Origin: an uncultured OCS116 cluster bacterium
GTDB taxonomy: Bacteria > Pseudomonadota > Alphaproteobacteria > Rhizobiales > TMED25
Assembly (NCBI GenBank): GCA_902613795.1
Contig: CACMIP010000002.1
Coordinates: 81,466-145,465 of the forward strand
DNA: 64,000 nt
Reading direction: 5' to 3'
Positions 1 through 13,100 of the stretch are shown here, in pieces; the stretch's first letter is position 1; the number at the start of each line of letters is the position of its first letter. The translations under genes and the position numbers were made by a program. The notes under the pieces were generated by a model. The model was not told the DNA's origin and made no database searches. It worked only from the letters and a program-made list of their open reading frames with translations.

Positions 1-434
1 CATTGATATAACTTCCTCAAGTCACTCTCCTTTTGTTCGACCCATATCTCTTTATCAGAGTATATTTCTTTTTTCCAGAATGGCGCAGAACTTTTCAGGA
101 AATCCATGATGAATTCATTAGCGCTCATACTATCTGAGCGATGACTTGATCCAGTTATTACCAAAACGATATTTTCGTTTGGTTTTAACGAACCATATCT
201 GTGTACAATTCTAATATTATTAAGAGTCCATTTCGAGCATGCAATTTCTGCAATATTTTTGATTTCTTTTTGAGCCATTTCTGGGTAGCAATCAATCTCC
301 ATACTCTTTAGGCCATTCTCAGGACGTACCTTACCAATGAAAATTGAGACAGCTCCATGATCAGAACTATTCTGATTAAAGATTTCTATCTCCTCAGTAA
401 TTTCAAAATCATCTTTTTTGATATTAATATCCAT
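1..434 (-). CDS. moaE: Molybdopterin synthase catalytic subunit MoaE (3' end runs off the window)
   Basis: My own translation of the minus strand from the ATG at 434-432 gives MDINIKKDDFEITEE..GAVSIFIGKVRPENG..IVHRYGSLKPNENIVLVITGSSHRSDSMSANEFIMDFLKSSAPFWKKE. These are MoaE hallmarks (GxVR, HRxG, HR..A, PFWKKE). It lies immediately downstream of moaD. It is not in the ORF track because it is truncated by the window edge. Confidence 0.8.
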   Translation of the reverse strand, partial: MDINIKKDDFEITEEIEIFNQNSSDHGAVSIFIGKVRPENGLKSMEIDCYPEMAQKEIKNIAEIACSKWTLNNIRIVHRYGSLKPNENIVLVITGSSHRSDSMSANEFIMDFLKSSAPFWKKEIYSDKEIWVEQKESDLRKLYQ

Positions 435-435
435 A

Positions 436-687
436 TTAACCGCCCGTCATTGGAGGAAAGAAGGCTACCTCATCAGCTTTTGATATCAACTCATTTTCAT
501 TCACCAGAACTTGGTTTACCGCAAATTTGATATTTTTTCTTTTTTCGAAAGCTTTTTTGTAAGCCTCATCGATTGAGGATAGATAATCAATGAGCTGTCC
601 TATTGTATTAATTTCAGAAGGTATTTCTAAACTCTCTTCCCGTTTATCAATAATTTCTGCTATCCATGCGAAATACTTAAGTTTCAT
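436..687 (-). CDS. moaD: Molybdopterin synthase sulfur-carrier subunit MoaD
   Basis: 83 aa ubiquitin-like ThiS/MoaD protein ending in the diagnostic C-terminal Gly-Gly (..FFPPMTGG). It overlaps pgsA by 11 nt and precedes moaE. Confidence 0.8.
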   Translation of the reverse strand: MKLKYFAWIAEIIDKREESLEIPSEINTIGQLIDYLSSIDEAYKKAFEKRKNIKFAVNQVLVNENELISKADEVAFFPPMTGG

Positions 688-1270
688 TTTCTTTCTTTTT
701 TATAATGCTACTGTGAACAGTTTTTATATATATTACTAAAGATATTAGACTTATTATTGCTGTAGCATAGATAAATGTGTTTGTAAGATTTATTACCTGT
801 ATGTTTGAATTATGTGTGATTGATACCAAAAAAAGTAGAATTAGTGAAATAAATTGTAATGTTGTTTTTAATTTTGATAGCTTAATTACATCTATCATTA
901 TTCCTTGGTGCGCTGTTATTTCTCGCATTGTCATTACTATTATCTCCCGAGCCGTGATAATCAGTATCCCGATTGTGGTATAGGTATTGAGTAAATCAGA
1001 ATTTATAAACATCATGAATGCCAAAATGACCAGAAGCTTATCAGCAATTGGGTCTAGGATTTTTCCAAGTACTGATGTTTGATTTAATTTTCTTGCAAGA
1101 TATCCATCAAAAAAATCAGAAAGAGCCGCTAGAATAAAAATAATAAAAGCCAATAATTGTAGAATATATATTCCTGACAAATAGAATAGGAGAATACATG
1201 GGATAGATAGGAGTCTAAAATATGTTATTAAATTTGGTATGGAATATAGGGAGCTCTTTTGCATTTTCAT
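677..1270 (-). CDS. pgsA: CDP-diacylglycerol--glycerol-3-phosphate 3-phosphatidyltransferase
   Basis: Carries the CDP-alcohol phosphatidyltransferase motif DGYLARKLNQTSVLGKILDPIADK (DG..AR..G...D...D). It is a multi-TM protein and sits in the conserved uvrC-pgsA synteny. Confidence 0.85.
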   Translation of the reverse strand: MKMQKSSLYSIPNLITYFRLLSIPCILLFYLSGIYILQLLAFIIFILAALSDFFDGYLARKLNQTSVLGKILDPIADKLLVILAFMMFINSDLLNTYTTIGILIITAREIIVMTMREITAHQGIMIDVIKLSKLKTTLQFISLILLFLVSITHNSNIQVINLTNTFIYATAIISLISLVIYIKTVHSSIIKKKENET

Positions 1271-1273
1271 ATT

Positions 1274-3127
1274 TTATCTATTTTTAAACGAAGAATGTAT
1301 ATCTTTTGCTATCTTTTCACTAATCCCAGGAACTTTTATTATATCATCAAAGCTTGCTTCACTTATAGACTTTATGCTTCCAAAATGTCTCATCAGCTGT
1401 TGCTTTCTCTTCAGCCCAATACCTTCGATATCATCAAGTCTGGAGTAATTAATTTGTTTAACCCGTCTTGTTCTGTGACTACCTATTGCAAATCTGTGAG
1501 CTTCATCCCTAATGCGTTGTAAGAAAAAAAAGATAGGGTCATTCTTGTCCAAAACGAAAACTCCCTTGTCTTTTGAGTGTACCTTTTCATTACCATATTT
1601 TCTATTTTTATCTTTTGATATACTTATAACCTCAATATCTTTTATCTTATTCTCTTTTATAATATCAATCGCAATATTCAATTGACCTTTACCCCCATCA
1701 ATTACTACAAGGTCAGGAGAACTATCTTGAAAATCTTTCTCAGATAGTTTTGCAAATCTCCGTGTGAGAACCTCTCGCATCATAGCATAGTCATCACTTG
1801 TTGAGATATCTTTCGATTTTATATTAAATTTTCTATAATTCTTATTATCAAAACCGTTTTGACCAACAACGATCATAGCGCCAACTGGAAAGCTGCCTTG
1901 GGTATGGCTATTATCATAAACTTCAATTCTACGTGGAACTTTGTCTAATTGTAATTTTGTGGCAAGTCCCTCAAGCAGACTCTGCTGATCTTGCATCTGG
2001 TTAACTTTTCGACTAAGCGCTTGTTCAGCATTCATAAGCACTTTTTTAAGGAGTCTATATTTTTCACCCTTTTTAGGTTGTGTAATTTTTATTTTTCGCT
2101 TGTTTTTTTCTGATAAAGCACTTGCAAGAAGTTTTTCACTAGGTAATTTCTCAGACACGATTATATTATCTGGGCATGGGTGAGATGTATAAAACTGAGC
2201 GATAAATGAGTCTAGTATTTCTGGATTTGTATCAAGCTTGTTCGTGATAGGGTAGTATTCCCTGTTACCCCAATTTTGACCCGCCCGGATAAAAAATACT
2301 TGTATGCACACGATATTGTTTAATCGACTTATACCAAAGACATCTGCATCACCAATATTTGAATTATTGATAGATTGCTGGGATATTATTTTGTTTATAG
2401 TCTCTAATCTATCTCTTAGTTTTGCCGCATTCTCGTAATTAAAGTTTGCTGATTCCCTCTGCATATCAGTAAAAATTTTATCCTTGATATTGCTTACATG
2501 TCCATTCATAAAATCTTGGAGGTCGTTAATCAGATGATCATAATTTTGTTTAGTAATTTCTCCTGTACAAGGTGCAGAGCATCTGTTTATTTGGTACAAA
2601 AGACACGGCCTGGATCTATTTTCAAATACATGATTACTGCAGGTTCTGATTAAAAAGGCTTTCTGTAAAGTATTAATGGTCTTGTTGACAGCCCCAGCAG
2701 ATGCAAATGGTCCATAATAATCACCGTTTAACTTATTATCACCCCTATATTTCATCAATCTTGGGTAATCATGTTCCTTATTCACCAATATTTTTGCAAA
2801 AGACTTATCATCTCGCATGGCGATATTATATTTTGGCTTATTTTTCTTAATAAGATTTGCCTCTAAGAGAAGCGCTTCGGCTTCAGTGCTGGTTATTGTA
2901 AACTCCATGGATCTTGTCTCTGAAATCATTTTCTTTATTCTGTATGTATGATTGTTCAGATTTGTATAGCTTTTAACCCTGTTGAATAAGTTTTTTGCTT
3001 TTCCGATGTATAATATATTTTTGCTTGCGTCGAGCATTTTATAAACACCTGGCTTCTTAGTTAGATCTTTGGAATAAGACCTTATGGCTTGAATCCCTGT
3101 TTCCATATTCGTTGGTTCTCTCTTCAT
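1274..3127 (-). CDS. uvrC: Excinuclease ABC subunit C
   Basis: 617 aa with an N-terminal GIY-YIG domain (GVYKMLD..ILYIGKAKNL), a UVR domain, a central endonuclease domain and a C-terminal HhH (GIGLKRKQQLMRHFGS). Confidence 0.95.
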   Translation of the reverse strand: MKREPTNMETGIQAIRSYSKDLTKKPGVYKMLDASKNILYIGKAKNLFNRVKSYTNLNNHTYRIKKMISETRSMEFTITSTEAEALLLEANLIKKNKPKYNIAMRDDKSFAKILVNKEHDYPRLMKYRGDNKLNGDYYGPFASAGAVNKTINTLQKAFLIRTCSNHVFENRSRPCLLYQINRCSAPCTGEITKQNYDHLINDLQDFMNGHVSNIKDKIFTDMQRESANFNYENAAKLRDRLETINKIISQQSINNSNIGDADVFGISRLNNIVCIQVFFIRAGQNWGNREYYPITNKLDTNPEILDSFIAQFYTSHPCPDNIIVSEKLPSEKLLASALSEKNKRKIKITQPKKGEKYRLLKKVLMNAEQALSRKVNQMQDQQSLLEGLATKLQLDKVPRRIEVYDNSHTQGSFPVGAMIVVGQNGFDNKNYRKFNIKSKDISTSDDYAMMREVLTRRFAKLSEKDFQDSSPDLVVIDGGKGQLNIAIDIIKENKIKDIEVISISKDKNRKYGNEKVHSKDKGVFVLDKNDPIFFFLQRIRDEAHRFAIGSHRTRRVKQINYSRLDDIEGIGLKRKQQLMRHFGSIKSISEASFDDIIKVPGISEKIAKDIHSSFKNR

Positions 3128-3134
3128 ACGATTT

Positions 3135-3884
3135 CTAATTCTCTATGAAATCTGGCGTCTTCCAGGATAAGTGTTGGCCAGAGTCAATTGCTATTATTTG
3201 ACCTGTAACCGATTCTGTTCTTAAAAGGAATTCAATTGCATTTGAGATATCTTTTATGTTTGGTTGCTTTTGTAGCGGTGTATTATTCGCTTCAGCGTCA
3301 AACATCTCTGTTGTCTGATCATGGTTTGCTAATATGGGGCCTGGTGCAATTGCGTTAACTCGGATTGTTGGGCTGTATTCTTGGGCCATCATTTGAGTAA
3401 CACCCCACAAACCAAACTTGCTGACTGAATAACTAAAATATGAGGGATTTAACCTCATTACACGCTGGTCGATTATGTTAATAATATTATTATCTCGATC
3501 TTTTTGGTGGATCTTACATAGATGCTTTGATAGTAAAATTGGTGCCAAAAGATTTATATCCATATGTTTAGAAAAATTTCCAACTGTAATATTTTTTGCG
3601 CTGTCATCTTCAAATACCGATGCACAATTAATGATTGTATCTAGATCTTGTCCAACATCTTGTGTGATTTTATCCAGCATATTGATAATATCGTTCTCTT
3701 TTGACAGGTCAGCTTTATAAATAAATGCTTCTATTTTTTTATTTTCTAGATGATTTTGTAATTTTTTGGCATCTGCGTCCGAATTGTTATAATGAATTAA
3801 GATACGATTACCCTCATAACCGAGCTCTTCTGCGATTGACTTACCAATCCTTTTTGCGCCACCTGTTATCAATATTGTTCTCAT
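3135..3884 (-). CDS. SDR-family oxidoreductase, FolM/pteridine-reductase-like
   Basis: The Rossmann motif is TGGAKRIG (the TGxxxRxG variant typical of FolM/PTR1 rather than TGxxxGxG), with catalytic YSVSK. I prefer the start at 3884 (GGAG 6 nt upstream, MRTILITGG) over the track start at 3914, which would overlap uvrB. Confidence 0.7.
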   Translation of the reverse strand: MRTILITGGAKRIGKSIAEELGYEGNRILIHYNNSDADAKKLQNHLENKKIEAFIYKADLSKENDIINMLDKITQDVGQDLDTIINCASVFEDDSAKNITVGNFSKHMDINLLAPILLSKHLCKIHQKDRDNNIINIIDQRVMRLNPSYFSYSVSKFGLWGVTQMMAQEYSPTIRVNAIAPGPILANHDQTTEMFDAEANNTPLQKQPNIKDISNAIEFLLRTESVTGQIIAIDSGQHLSWKTPDFIEN

Positions 3885-3900
3885 TAAGTGCTCCGATAAA

Positions 3901-5913
3901 TCAATTATTTTCATCGATAAGTAAATTTTTATTACTTAGCCTCTTAAGTTCATCCCGAATTCTTGCAGCCTCTTCAAATTCAAGATTTGAAGCTGCATCA
4001 AGCATTTCTTTCTTTAATCTTTCAACTTTCTTTTCAAAATCCTCTTCATTTAATTCTATTTTACTATCTATTCCAATATTATAATAATCTTTTTCATAAA
4101 TTGAATAATCAAGGTCATCAACATTCCTTGATATTGTTTCTGGGGTAATATTATTATCGTTATTGTATAGTCTTTGCTTTTTCCTTCTTCTCTCGGTTTC
4201 TGCTAATGCATTAGATATTGAATTTGTGGCTTTATCTGCATAAAGGATTACTCTCCCATTTACATTTCTTGCCGCTCTACCAATAGTTTGTGTGAGTGAT
4301 GTCTCAGATCTCAAAAAACCCTCTTTATCAGCGTCAAGTATTGCCACAAGTGAACATTCTGGAATATCTAGGCCCTCCCTAAGTAGGTTTATACCAATTA
4401 ATACATCAAAAATTCCCTTTCTCAGGTCCCTAATTATTTCAATACGCTCGATTGTATCAATATCTGAGTGTAAATAGCGAACCCTAATACCTTTTTCATG
4501 CATAAATTCAGTCAAATCTTCGGCCATTTTTTTTGTTAGAACAGTAATCAGTACTCTTTGATTACTTGTTGTTGCATTATTTATTTCGTCAACTATATCC
4601 TCCACCTGATTTTTTACCGGCCTAATCTCTGTGGTTGGGTCAATTAGACCAGTTGGCCGAATAATTTGTTCAACAAATTTACCACCAGTTTGCCTCAATT
4701 CCCACTTACCAGGTGTAGCTGAAACGTAAATGGTTTGAGATCTCATAGCATTCCATTCATCAAAATTTAAGGGTCTATTATCTTTGCATGAAGGCAACCT
4801 AAAGCCATATTCAGATAAATTTTCTTTTCTGCTCAGGTCCCCCTTATACATTGCACCCAGCTGAGGGATTGTTACATGACTTTCATCGATGAATACGACT
4901 GCATCTTTTGGCATAAATTCAAATAATGTAGGGGGCGGATTACCCTCTCGTCTTCCTGACAAGTATCTCGAGTAATTTTCTATGCCAGCGCATGTTCCAG
5001 TAGTACCTATCATTTCAAGATCAAATACTGTTCTTTGTTCTAATCTTTGTGCTTCAAGTAACTTATTCTCTCTATTGAAGAAATCCAGGCGTAACTTTAG
5101 GTCATTTTTTATTTGGAGCATAGCAGTCTCGAGAGTCGGCTTTGGGGTTATATAGTGTGAGTTTGCAAATATTGTTATTGAATTAATATCATCAAAAATT
5201 TCACCAGTAAGAGGGTCAAATTCTTCAATTGACTCAACGTCATTTCCAAAGAAAGATATTCTCCAAGCTTTATCGTCATAATGGGCTGGAAATATTTCAA
5301 GTGTATCTCCTCTAACCCTGAATGTACCGCGGTAAAAATTTAGATCATTTCGTTTGTATTGGAGCTCAACTAATCTTGTAATAATCATCCGTAGGTCAAT
5401 ATTCATACCAACTTCAATTTTTTCTGTCATATCAGCATACACATCCAACGGCCCAATCCCATAAATGCAAGACACGGATGCAACGATTATAAGATCCTTC
5501 TTTTCAATAAGTGATCTTGTTGCTGAGTGTCGCATTTTATCGATCTGCTCGTTTATTGAGGCGTCTTTTTCAATGTATGTATCTGTCCTTGCAACATATG
5601 CCTCTGGTTGATAATAATCATAATATGATACAAAATACTCTACAGCATTTTGCGGAAAAAAAGATTTAAATTCACCATATAATTGAGCTGCAAGTGTTTT
5701 ATTTGGAGCTAATACAATGGCAGGGCGTTGAACTTCTTCAATTATCTTTGCCATGGTGTATGTTTTACCAGAGCCAGTTACACCAAGTAATACTTGATCT
5801 TTTACTCCATTATTTAGTCCATCAGTAAGTGATTTTATTGCATTTGGTTGATCGCCTGAGGGTGTAAACTTGGATTGTATTTGAAATTTATTTTTGACCA
5901 AATCTAGAGACAT
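3901..5913 (-). CDS. uvrB: Excinuclease ABC subunit B
   Basis: 670 aa with Walker A GVTGSGKT, helicase motifs, a beta-hairpin region and a C-terminal UVR domain ([13 protein letters not shown]). Confidence 0.97.
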   Translation of the reverse strand: MSLDLVKNKFQIQSKFTPSGDQPNAIKSLTDGLNNGVKDQVLLGVTGSGKTYTMAKIIEEVQRPAIVLAPNKTLAAQLYGEFKSFFPQNAVEYFVSYYDYYQPEAYVARTDTYIEKDASINEQIDKMRHSATRSLIEKKDLIIVASVSCIYGIGPLDVYADMTEKIEVGMNIDLRMIITRLVELQYKRNDLNFYRGTFRVRGDTLEIFPAHYDDKAWRISFFGNDVESIEEFDPLTGEIFDDINSITIFANSHYITPKPTLETAMLQIKNDLKLRLDFFNRENKLLEAQRLEQRTVFDLEMIGTTGTCAGIENYSRYLSGRREGNPPPTLFEFMPKDAVVFIDESHVTIPQLGAMYKGDLSRKENLSEYGFRLPSCKDNRPLNFDEWNAMRSQTIYVSATPGKWELRQTGGKFVEQIIRPTGLIDPTTEIRPVKNQVEDIVDEINNATTSNQRVLITVLTKKMAEDLTEFMHEKGIRVRYLHSDIDTIERIEIIRDLRKGIFDVLIGINLLREGLDIPECSLVAILDADKEGFLRSETSLTQTIGRAARNVNGRVILYADKATNSISNALAETERRRKKQRLYNNDNNITPETISRNVDDLDYSIYEKDYYNIGIDSKIELNEEDFEKKVERLKKEMLDAASNLEFEEAARIRDELKRLSNKNLLIDENN

Positions 5914-6062
5914 TTTTTGCTGTCATTTTGTTATTATATTACATAAATAATTATTATGTTTACATTTAAATTTCAATATTTATAAACTATATTTTTTGTA
6001 ACAAATAAACTATATTTGTATAAGTTAAATGACGGGCATTGAATATCTTCGGAGGGATTGTA

Positions 6063-7576
<1,514 letters not shown>

Positions 7577-7578
<2 letters not shown>

Positions 7579-7615
7579 AAAAAACTGAACTCAAGGGTAG
7601 AGTCCAGTTTTTTTT
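7577..7615. terminator. Bidirectional rho-independent terminator between convergent genes
   Basis: The structure is A8-ACTGAACTC-aagggta-GAGTCCAGT-T8. The stem is 9 bp with one A:C mismatch, flanked by an A-tract and a T-tract, so it reads as a terminator on both strands. It starts at the aminotransferase stop codon. Confidence 0.5.
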
Positions 7616-7731
7616 GATGTGCAAGTGTATACGTTAATTGGGAGGTTTCATATACATTATTGAAAAATAACTTAATTTTGTATGCAAATCTATACATAAT
7701 AATGCAAATTAGATATGCATTTTATGCAATA

Positions 7732-8613
7732 CTAAAATGCCCACTCTTTCCCTTTTTCAATAATAAATTCTCTGAAAACCGCAATCCTTTTCGAATTCCT
7801 TCTTTCTTCTGCATAAGTCAGATAAGTATCAATTTCAGGGAGTTTTGCGTTGAATGCTATTCTAACTAAATTATCATCCCTACCAATAAGATAATCTGGA
7901 AGCATTGCAATTCCAATACTGTTTGAGACCGCCATGTGTAATCCTTTTATGTTTCCTATTTTTAAAATTGGCTTTATCTTGTATTCTTTAGTTATATTCT
8001 CTAACCAATTTATTTCTTTCAGATAATCGGGCGCTTTCCCATATGTGACAATTTTGTGGTTCTTAAGGTCACTTGCTTTGCTTGGTGTACCATACTCATC
8101 AAGATAACTTGGAGATGCATATAAATGAAAATGAACAGTGAATAGCTTGCGTTGTATAAGATCTAATTGTTGCGGCTTATGAAACCTAATTGCGATATCT
8201 GCTTCCCTCATCCCGACATCCAGCTCGGCATCAGTTAACCTGAGCTCTAGATTAATTTCAGGGAATTTTGAAGTAAAATCTCCAAGGCGAGGTGTTAGCC
8301 AATTGGTACCAAGACCAACGGTTGTTGTGACAGATAAATCTCCTGATGGCCTCTCTTTGCTATCTATTAATTCAAATTCAGCGTCCTTAATTATATCAAC
8401 AATATTTCTTGTCCGTTTATATAGCAGTTCGCCCTGCTCGGTAAGTATAAGTCCTCGGGGGTGTCTGTGAAATAGCGGCATACCAACCTCATATTCAAGA
8501 TTAGAAACCTGCCTACTAATAGCAGATTGACTTGTATTAATTTCCTCACTTGCATGAGAAAAGCTACCAGCATCTGCAACAATATGAAAAATTCTTAACC
8601 TATCCCAGTCCAT
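7732..8613 (-). CDS. LysR-family transcriptional regulator
   Basis: 293 aa with an N-terminal wHTH (SFSHASEEINTSQSAISRQVSNLE) and a LysR substrate-binding domain. Its start overlaps the trxB stop by 14 nt. Confidence 0.9.
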   Translation of the reverse strand: MDWDRLRIFHIVADAGSFSHASEEINTSQSAISRQVSNLEYEVGMPLFHRHPRGLILTEQGELLYKRTRNIVDIIKDAEFELIDSKERPSGDLSVTTTVGLGTNWLTPRLGDFTSKFPEINLELRLTDAELDVGMREADIAIRFHKPQQLDLIQRKLFTVHFHLYASPSYLDEYGTPSKASDLKNHKIVTYGKAPDYLKEINWLENITKEYKIKPILKIGNIKGLHMAVSNSIGIAMLPDYLIGRDDNLVRIAFNAKLPEIDTYLTYAEERRNSKRIAVFREFIIEKGKEWAF

Positions 8614-9553
8614 TGGTATTCTTGCTTGCTAGAAAATTTTCTGCGTCCAGGGCGGCCATGCAGCCCATTCCTGCGGCAGTTACAGCTTGACGATATTTTT
8701 CATCGGTCACATCACCAGCAGCAAAGACACCAGATATTGAGGTTTTTGTAGACCCAGGAGTAGTGACAATGTATCCATTTTTAGTTTCTAAATCTTTTGT
8801 AAATAGTTCAGTTGCAGGTTTGTGACCAATTGCAATAAAAACCCCGTCTGTTTCTAAGTGTCCTATTTTATTTGATTTTGTGTTTCGTATATTTATGCCA
8901 GTAACAGAATTTGGATTTTTTGTACCCGTAATCTCATCTACAACACAATCCCAGATTACATTTATCTTCTTATTCTTAAATAATCTGTCTTCTAGTATTT
9001 TTTCGCATCGCAATTCATCTCTTCTATGAATGAGGGTTACTTTGCTTGCAAAATTTGTTAGAAATAACGCCTCTTCAACAGCTGTATTGCCGCCCCCAAC
9101 AACAACTACAGTCTTATCCTTGTAAAAGAACCCATCACAGGTTGCACACGCTGAAACTCCAAAACCCATGAATTTTTCTTCAGTTTCCAAACCAAGCCAT
9201 TTTGCCTGGGCTCCAGTGCATATAATGAGGCTTTCGGCAATATATTCAGTTCCGGAGTCACCGTTCATATGGAATGGGTATTTAGATAGATTACATAGAT
9301 TGATGTGGTCATTTATCACTTCTACACCTGTATTCTTAGCCTGCAGCCTCATCTGATCCATGAGCCAAGGGCCCTGTATGATATCTGCAAAACCTGGGTA
9401 GTTTTCAACGTCGGTGGTTATTGTAAGTTGGCCGCCGGGTTGAATACCTTCAATTAGAATTGGTTCTAGCATTGCGCGTGCAGCATAAATTGCGGCAGTG
9501 TATCCAGCTGGACCTGAACCAATTATTATTACTTTAGATTTTTTTTCAGCCAT
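8600..9553 (-). CDS. trxB: Thioredoxin-disulfide reductase
   Basis: 317 aa with FAD motif GSGPAGYTAA, redox-active CATCDG and NADPH motif GGGNTAVEEA. Confidence 0.95.
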   Translation of the reverse strand: MAEKKSKVIIIGSGPAGYTAAIYAARAMLEPILIEGIQPGGQLTITTDVENYPGFADIIQGPWLMDQMRLQAKNTGVEVINDHINLCNLSKYPFHMNGDSGTEYIAESLIICTGAQAKWLGLETEEKFMGFGVSACATCDGFFYKDKTVVVVGGGNTAVEEALFLTNFASKVTLIHRRDELRCEKILEDRLFKNKKINVIWDCVVDEITGTKNPNSVTGINIRNTKSNKIGHLETDGVFIAIGHKPATELFTKDLETKNGYIVTTPGSTKTSISGVFAAGDVTDEKYRQAVTAAGMGCMAALDAENFLASKNTNGLG

Positions 9554-9589
9554 ATATTTATAATTTATCTATTGGAAACTGTGGTTACT

Positions 9590-10066
9590 TTATGCATACT
9601 TAATTTTGATGATTTCATAGCTTTTACCACCACCTGGTGTAGCAACTTCGACACTATCACCGATAGTTTTTCCGATTAACGCTCTTGCAATTGGTGAGCT
9701 AATTGAGATTAGACCCTCGGAGATGTTAGACTCAAACTCACCAACAATTTGATACTTAGCTTCTTTTTCTGTATCCTCGTCTACTACGGTCACCATTGCA
9801 CCAAATTTAACAATATTACCCGATAATTTTGTTATATCGATGACATCAGCCCTCGATAATTTATCCTCAAGATCACTAATCTTTGCTTCATTCATTGCCT
9901 GTTGTTCTTTCGCTGCATGATACTCAGCATTTTCTGAGAGATCACCATGCTTTCGCGCTTCAGCAATCGCTGCAATTATTTGAGGTCTTTCAGCCGTCTT
10001 CAGGCGCTTTATTTCAGCTTGGAGATTTTCATAACCATTGATTGTCATTGGTATTTTATCCATCAT
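9590..10066 (-). CDS. greA: Transcription elongation factor GreA
   Basis: 158 aa with the Gre coiled-coil N-domain carrying [13 protein letters not shown] and a C-terminal FKBP-like domain. Confidence 0.95.
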   Translation of the reverse strand: MMDKIPMTINGYENLQAEIKRLKTAERPQIIAAIAEARKHGDLSENAEYHAAKEQQAMNEAKISDLEDKLSRADVIDITKLSGNIVKFGAMVTVVDEDTEKEAKYQIVGEFESNISEGLISISSPIARALIGKTIGDSVEVATPGGGKSYEIIKIKYA

Positions 10067-10122
10067 TTATCCTGTGTGAATTCATTCCTGTAATAGTGTA
10101 AAACATCATTACTAAATAATTA

Positions 10123-13100
10123 TTAAAAATACTCCTGCAAGGATTTAATTTTCCCCAATCCATTTAAATATCTTTCTATCGCAATGACCACTGCTAATGC
10201 GCCAGATAATGTTGTGTAGTATGGGATCCTATTTCTTAGGGCCGCTTGCCTGAGTGATTTGCTATCTGATAATGCTTTGCTTCCTTCTGTTGTATTAATA
10301 ACCAAGTTTATATTGTTATTGTTCATGGAGTCAACAACGTGCGGCCTTCCCTCTAAGACTTTATTAACTCTTTCCACACTTATTCCGTTTTCGATCAGGA
10401 AGCGTTGAGTCCCACCAGTGGCAAGAATCTGAAAACCCAGATTTTCTAATACCCGTACAGATTCAACGATATGAGATTTATCTTTATCCTTGACTGAAAC
10501 AAAAACATTTCCTCGCTTTGGCAGAGGGACATTGGTTCCCAATTGGCTTTTTGCAAAAGCAATTCCAAAGTCATCGCCAATTCCCATAACTTCTCCTGTT
10601 GATTTCATCTCAGGACCCAACAAAACATCAATCCCATCGAATTTGGTGAAGGGAAAAACAGCCTCTTTAACTGCTATGTGTTTCCTAGTTGACATTTTCT
10701 TTGGTCGTTTAAAGCCTCTACCTGTTATAATCTCCGTAGCTATTTTCGCAACAGGGTAACCTGTTACCTTTGCGACAAATGGGATGGTTCTACTTGCGCG
10801 TGGATTTACCTCAATTATGTAAATTTCATCATCTTTGATTGCAAATTGTATGTTAATACAACCTATAATGTTGAGTGACTCACTTATTGCATTTGTTTGT
10901 CTTTCAAGTTTATTAATAATATTAGACTTCAGTGAATAAGGGGGGATGGAGCATGCGCTATCGCCTGAATGAACGCCAGCCTCCTCGATATGCTGCATTA
11001 TTCCACAAATATGAACCTTCTTTCCATCAGAAATTGCGTCAACATCTACTTCAACTGCATCCGAGAGGTATCGATCTAAGAGCAATGGATTATCTTTTAG
11101 AAGAGTGTCAATTTGCCTCTCTCTATTTTGGGGATATTTTGATTTTATGCTCTCAGGGATCAGTTCCGGTAAAGTACTTTCAATATAATCATCATAGTCA
11201 TTTTCATCCCTCAGTATTACCATCGCTCTGCCGCCTAAGACATAAGATGGCCTCAGGATAATTGGCAAACCAATATCAAGAATTGATTTGCGGGCTTCAC
11301 TTATCGAGTATGCAATTTTATTTTCCGGCTGTTTTAAATTTAGGTCTCGAATTAATTTTTGAAATCTATCCCGATCTTCTGCGAGATCAATGGTATCAGG
11401 TGAAGTCCCAAGGATATTTATACCTCTTTTTGATAGTTCTTCAGATAATTTTAGCGGTGTTTGTCCACCAAATTGCACAATTACCCCAATTAATTTACCA
11501 GTTTCCTGCTCTAATTTTATAATTTCAAACACATCTTCAGTCGTCAGAGGTTCAAAATATAGCCTATCAGATGTATCATAATCAGTTGAAACAGTTTCAG
11601 GATTGCAATTAATCATTATTGTTTCAATACCCATCTCTTTAAGTGCGAAGCATGCGTGGCAGCAGCAATAATCAAATTCAATTCCCTGCCCAATTCTATT
11701 TGGCCCGCCGCCGATAATAATAATTTTTTCATTATCACTTGGATTTGCTTCGCAATCCATGTCTTGATTATCGAAATGGCTGTAGGTAGAGTACATATAT
11801 GCAGTCAATGTTTGGAATTCAGCTGAACAAGTATCAATATGTTTGAAGACTGGATTTATATTTAAATCTTCCCTTTTTTGTCTAACATAATGCTCGTCTT
11901 CTCCTATTAAATTGGCAAGTCGCGCATCAGAAAAGCCATACGATTTTAAAAGGCGAAAATTTTCCTGATCTTTTGGTAACCCATATTGCTGTACCTTGTT
12001 TTCAATATCAATAATTTCCTGCAGTCTATCAATAAACCACGGATCAATTTTACATGATTGATGGATTTGTTGGTGAGATATACCAAGCCTCAGTGCTTGT
12101 GCGACTTTTAATATACGATTTGGTGTAGGCTCACCTAATTCAGCCCGGACAATATTTTTTTTTGCATCTTTACCAATATCTGAAAACTCAATAGGATCCA
12201 GACCGGTTAACCCAATTTCTAGGGATCTAAGTGCCTTTTGAAGGCTCTCAGCAAAAGTTCTGCCAAATGCCATTGCTTCACCGACGGATTTCATTGAGGT
12301 TGTTAATAACGGCTCAGCATCTGGAAATTTTTCAAACGCAAATCTCGGTATTTTTGTAACAATATAATCAATTGTAGGTTCAAAAGACGCAGGGGTTTGG
12401 CCTCCAGTTATATCATTTGAAAGTTCATCAAGAGTGTATCCTAGGGCTAATTTGGCAGCTACTTTAGCAATTGGAAATCCTGTAGCTTTTGAAGCTAATG
12501 CCGATGATCTTGAAACTCTTGGGTTCATCTCAATGACAACCATTTCTCCATTCTCAGGATTCACAGCAAATTGTACATTTGAACCGCCCGTTTCTACCCC
12601 AATTTTACGGAGTATTGCGACTGAGGCATTACGCATAATTTGATACTCTTTATCAGTTAGAGTTAGCGCTGGAGCGACGGTAATTGAGTCACCTGTATGA
12701 ATACCCATCGGATCAACATTTTCTATAGAGCATATGATTATGCAATTATCATTTTTATCTCTTACAACCTCCATTTCATATTCTTTCCAACCCAAAACGG
12801 ACTCTTCAATTAAAACCTCTGAAGTTGGTGAGGCATCGATACCATTCTCAACAATTTTAATAAACTCCTCACGTGTGTAGGCAATACCACCACCAGTTCC
12901 CCCAAGAGTAAAAGAGGGACGAATTATTACTGGGAGACCAAGTTCATTCAAGGCATCAAGTCCTTGTGATAGATTATGAGCTAGAAGTGATTTGGGTGTT
13001 TTCAATCCAATCTCACCCATTGCCTCCCTGAAAAGCTCTCTATCTTCCGCCATGTCGATAGCTTTAGATGATGCCCCAATCATTTCGACATTATACTTAT

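Noticed and set aside
5914-6062. Alphaproteobacterial SOS boxes (GTTC-N7-GTTC or GAAC-N7-GAAC) upstream of uvrB, recN (53560-53675) and uvrD (62919-62978).
   Set aside because: No match was seen in any of the three upstream regions, so there is no evidence for LexA control here.
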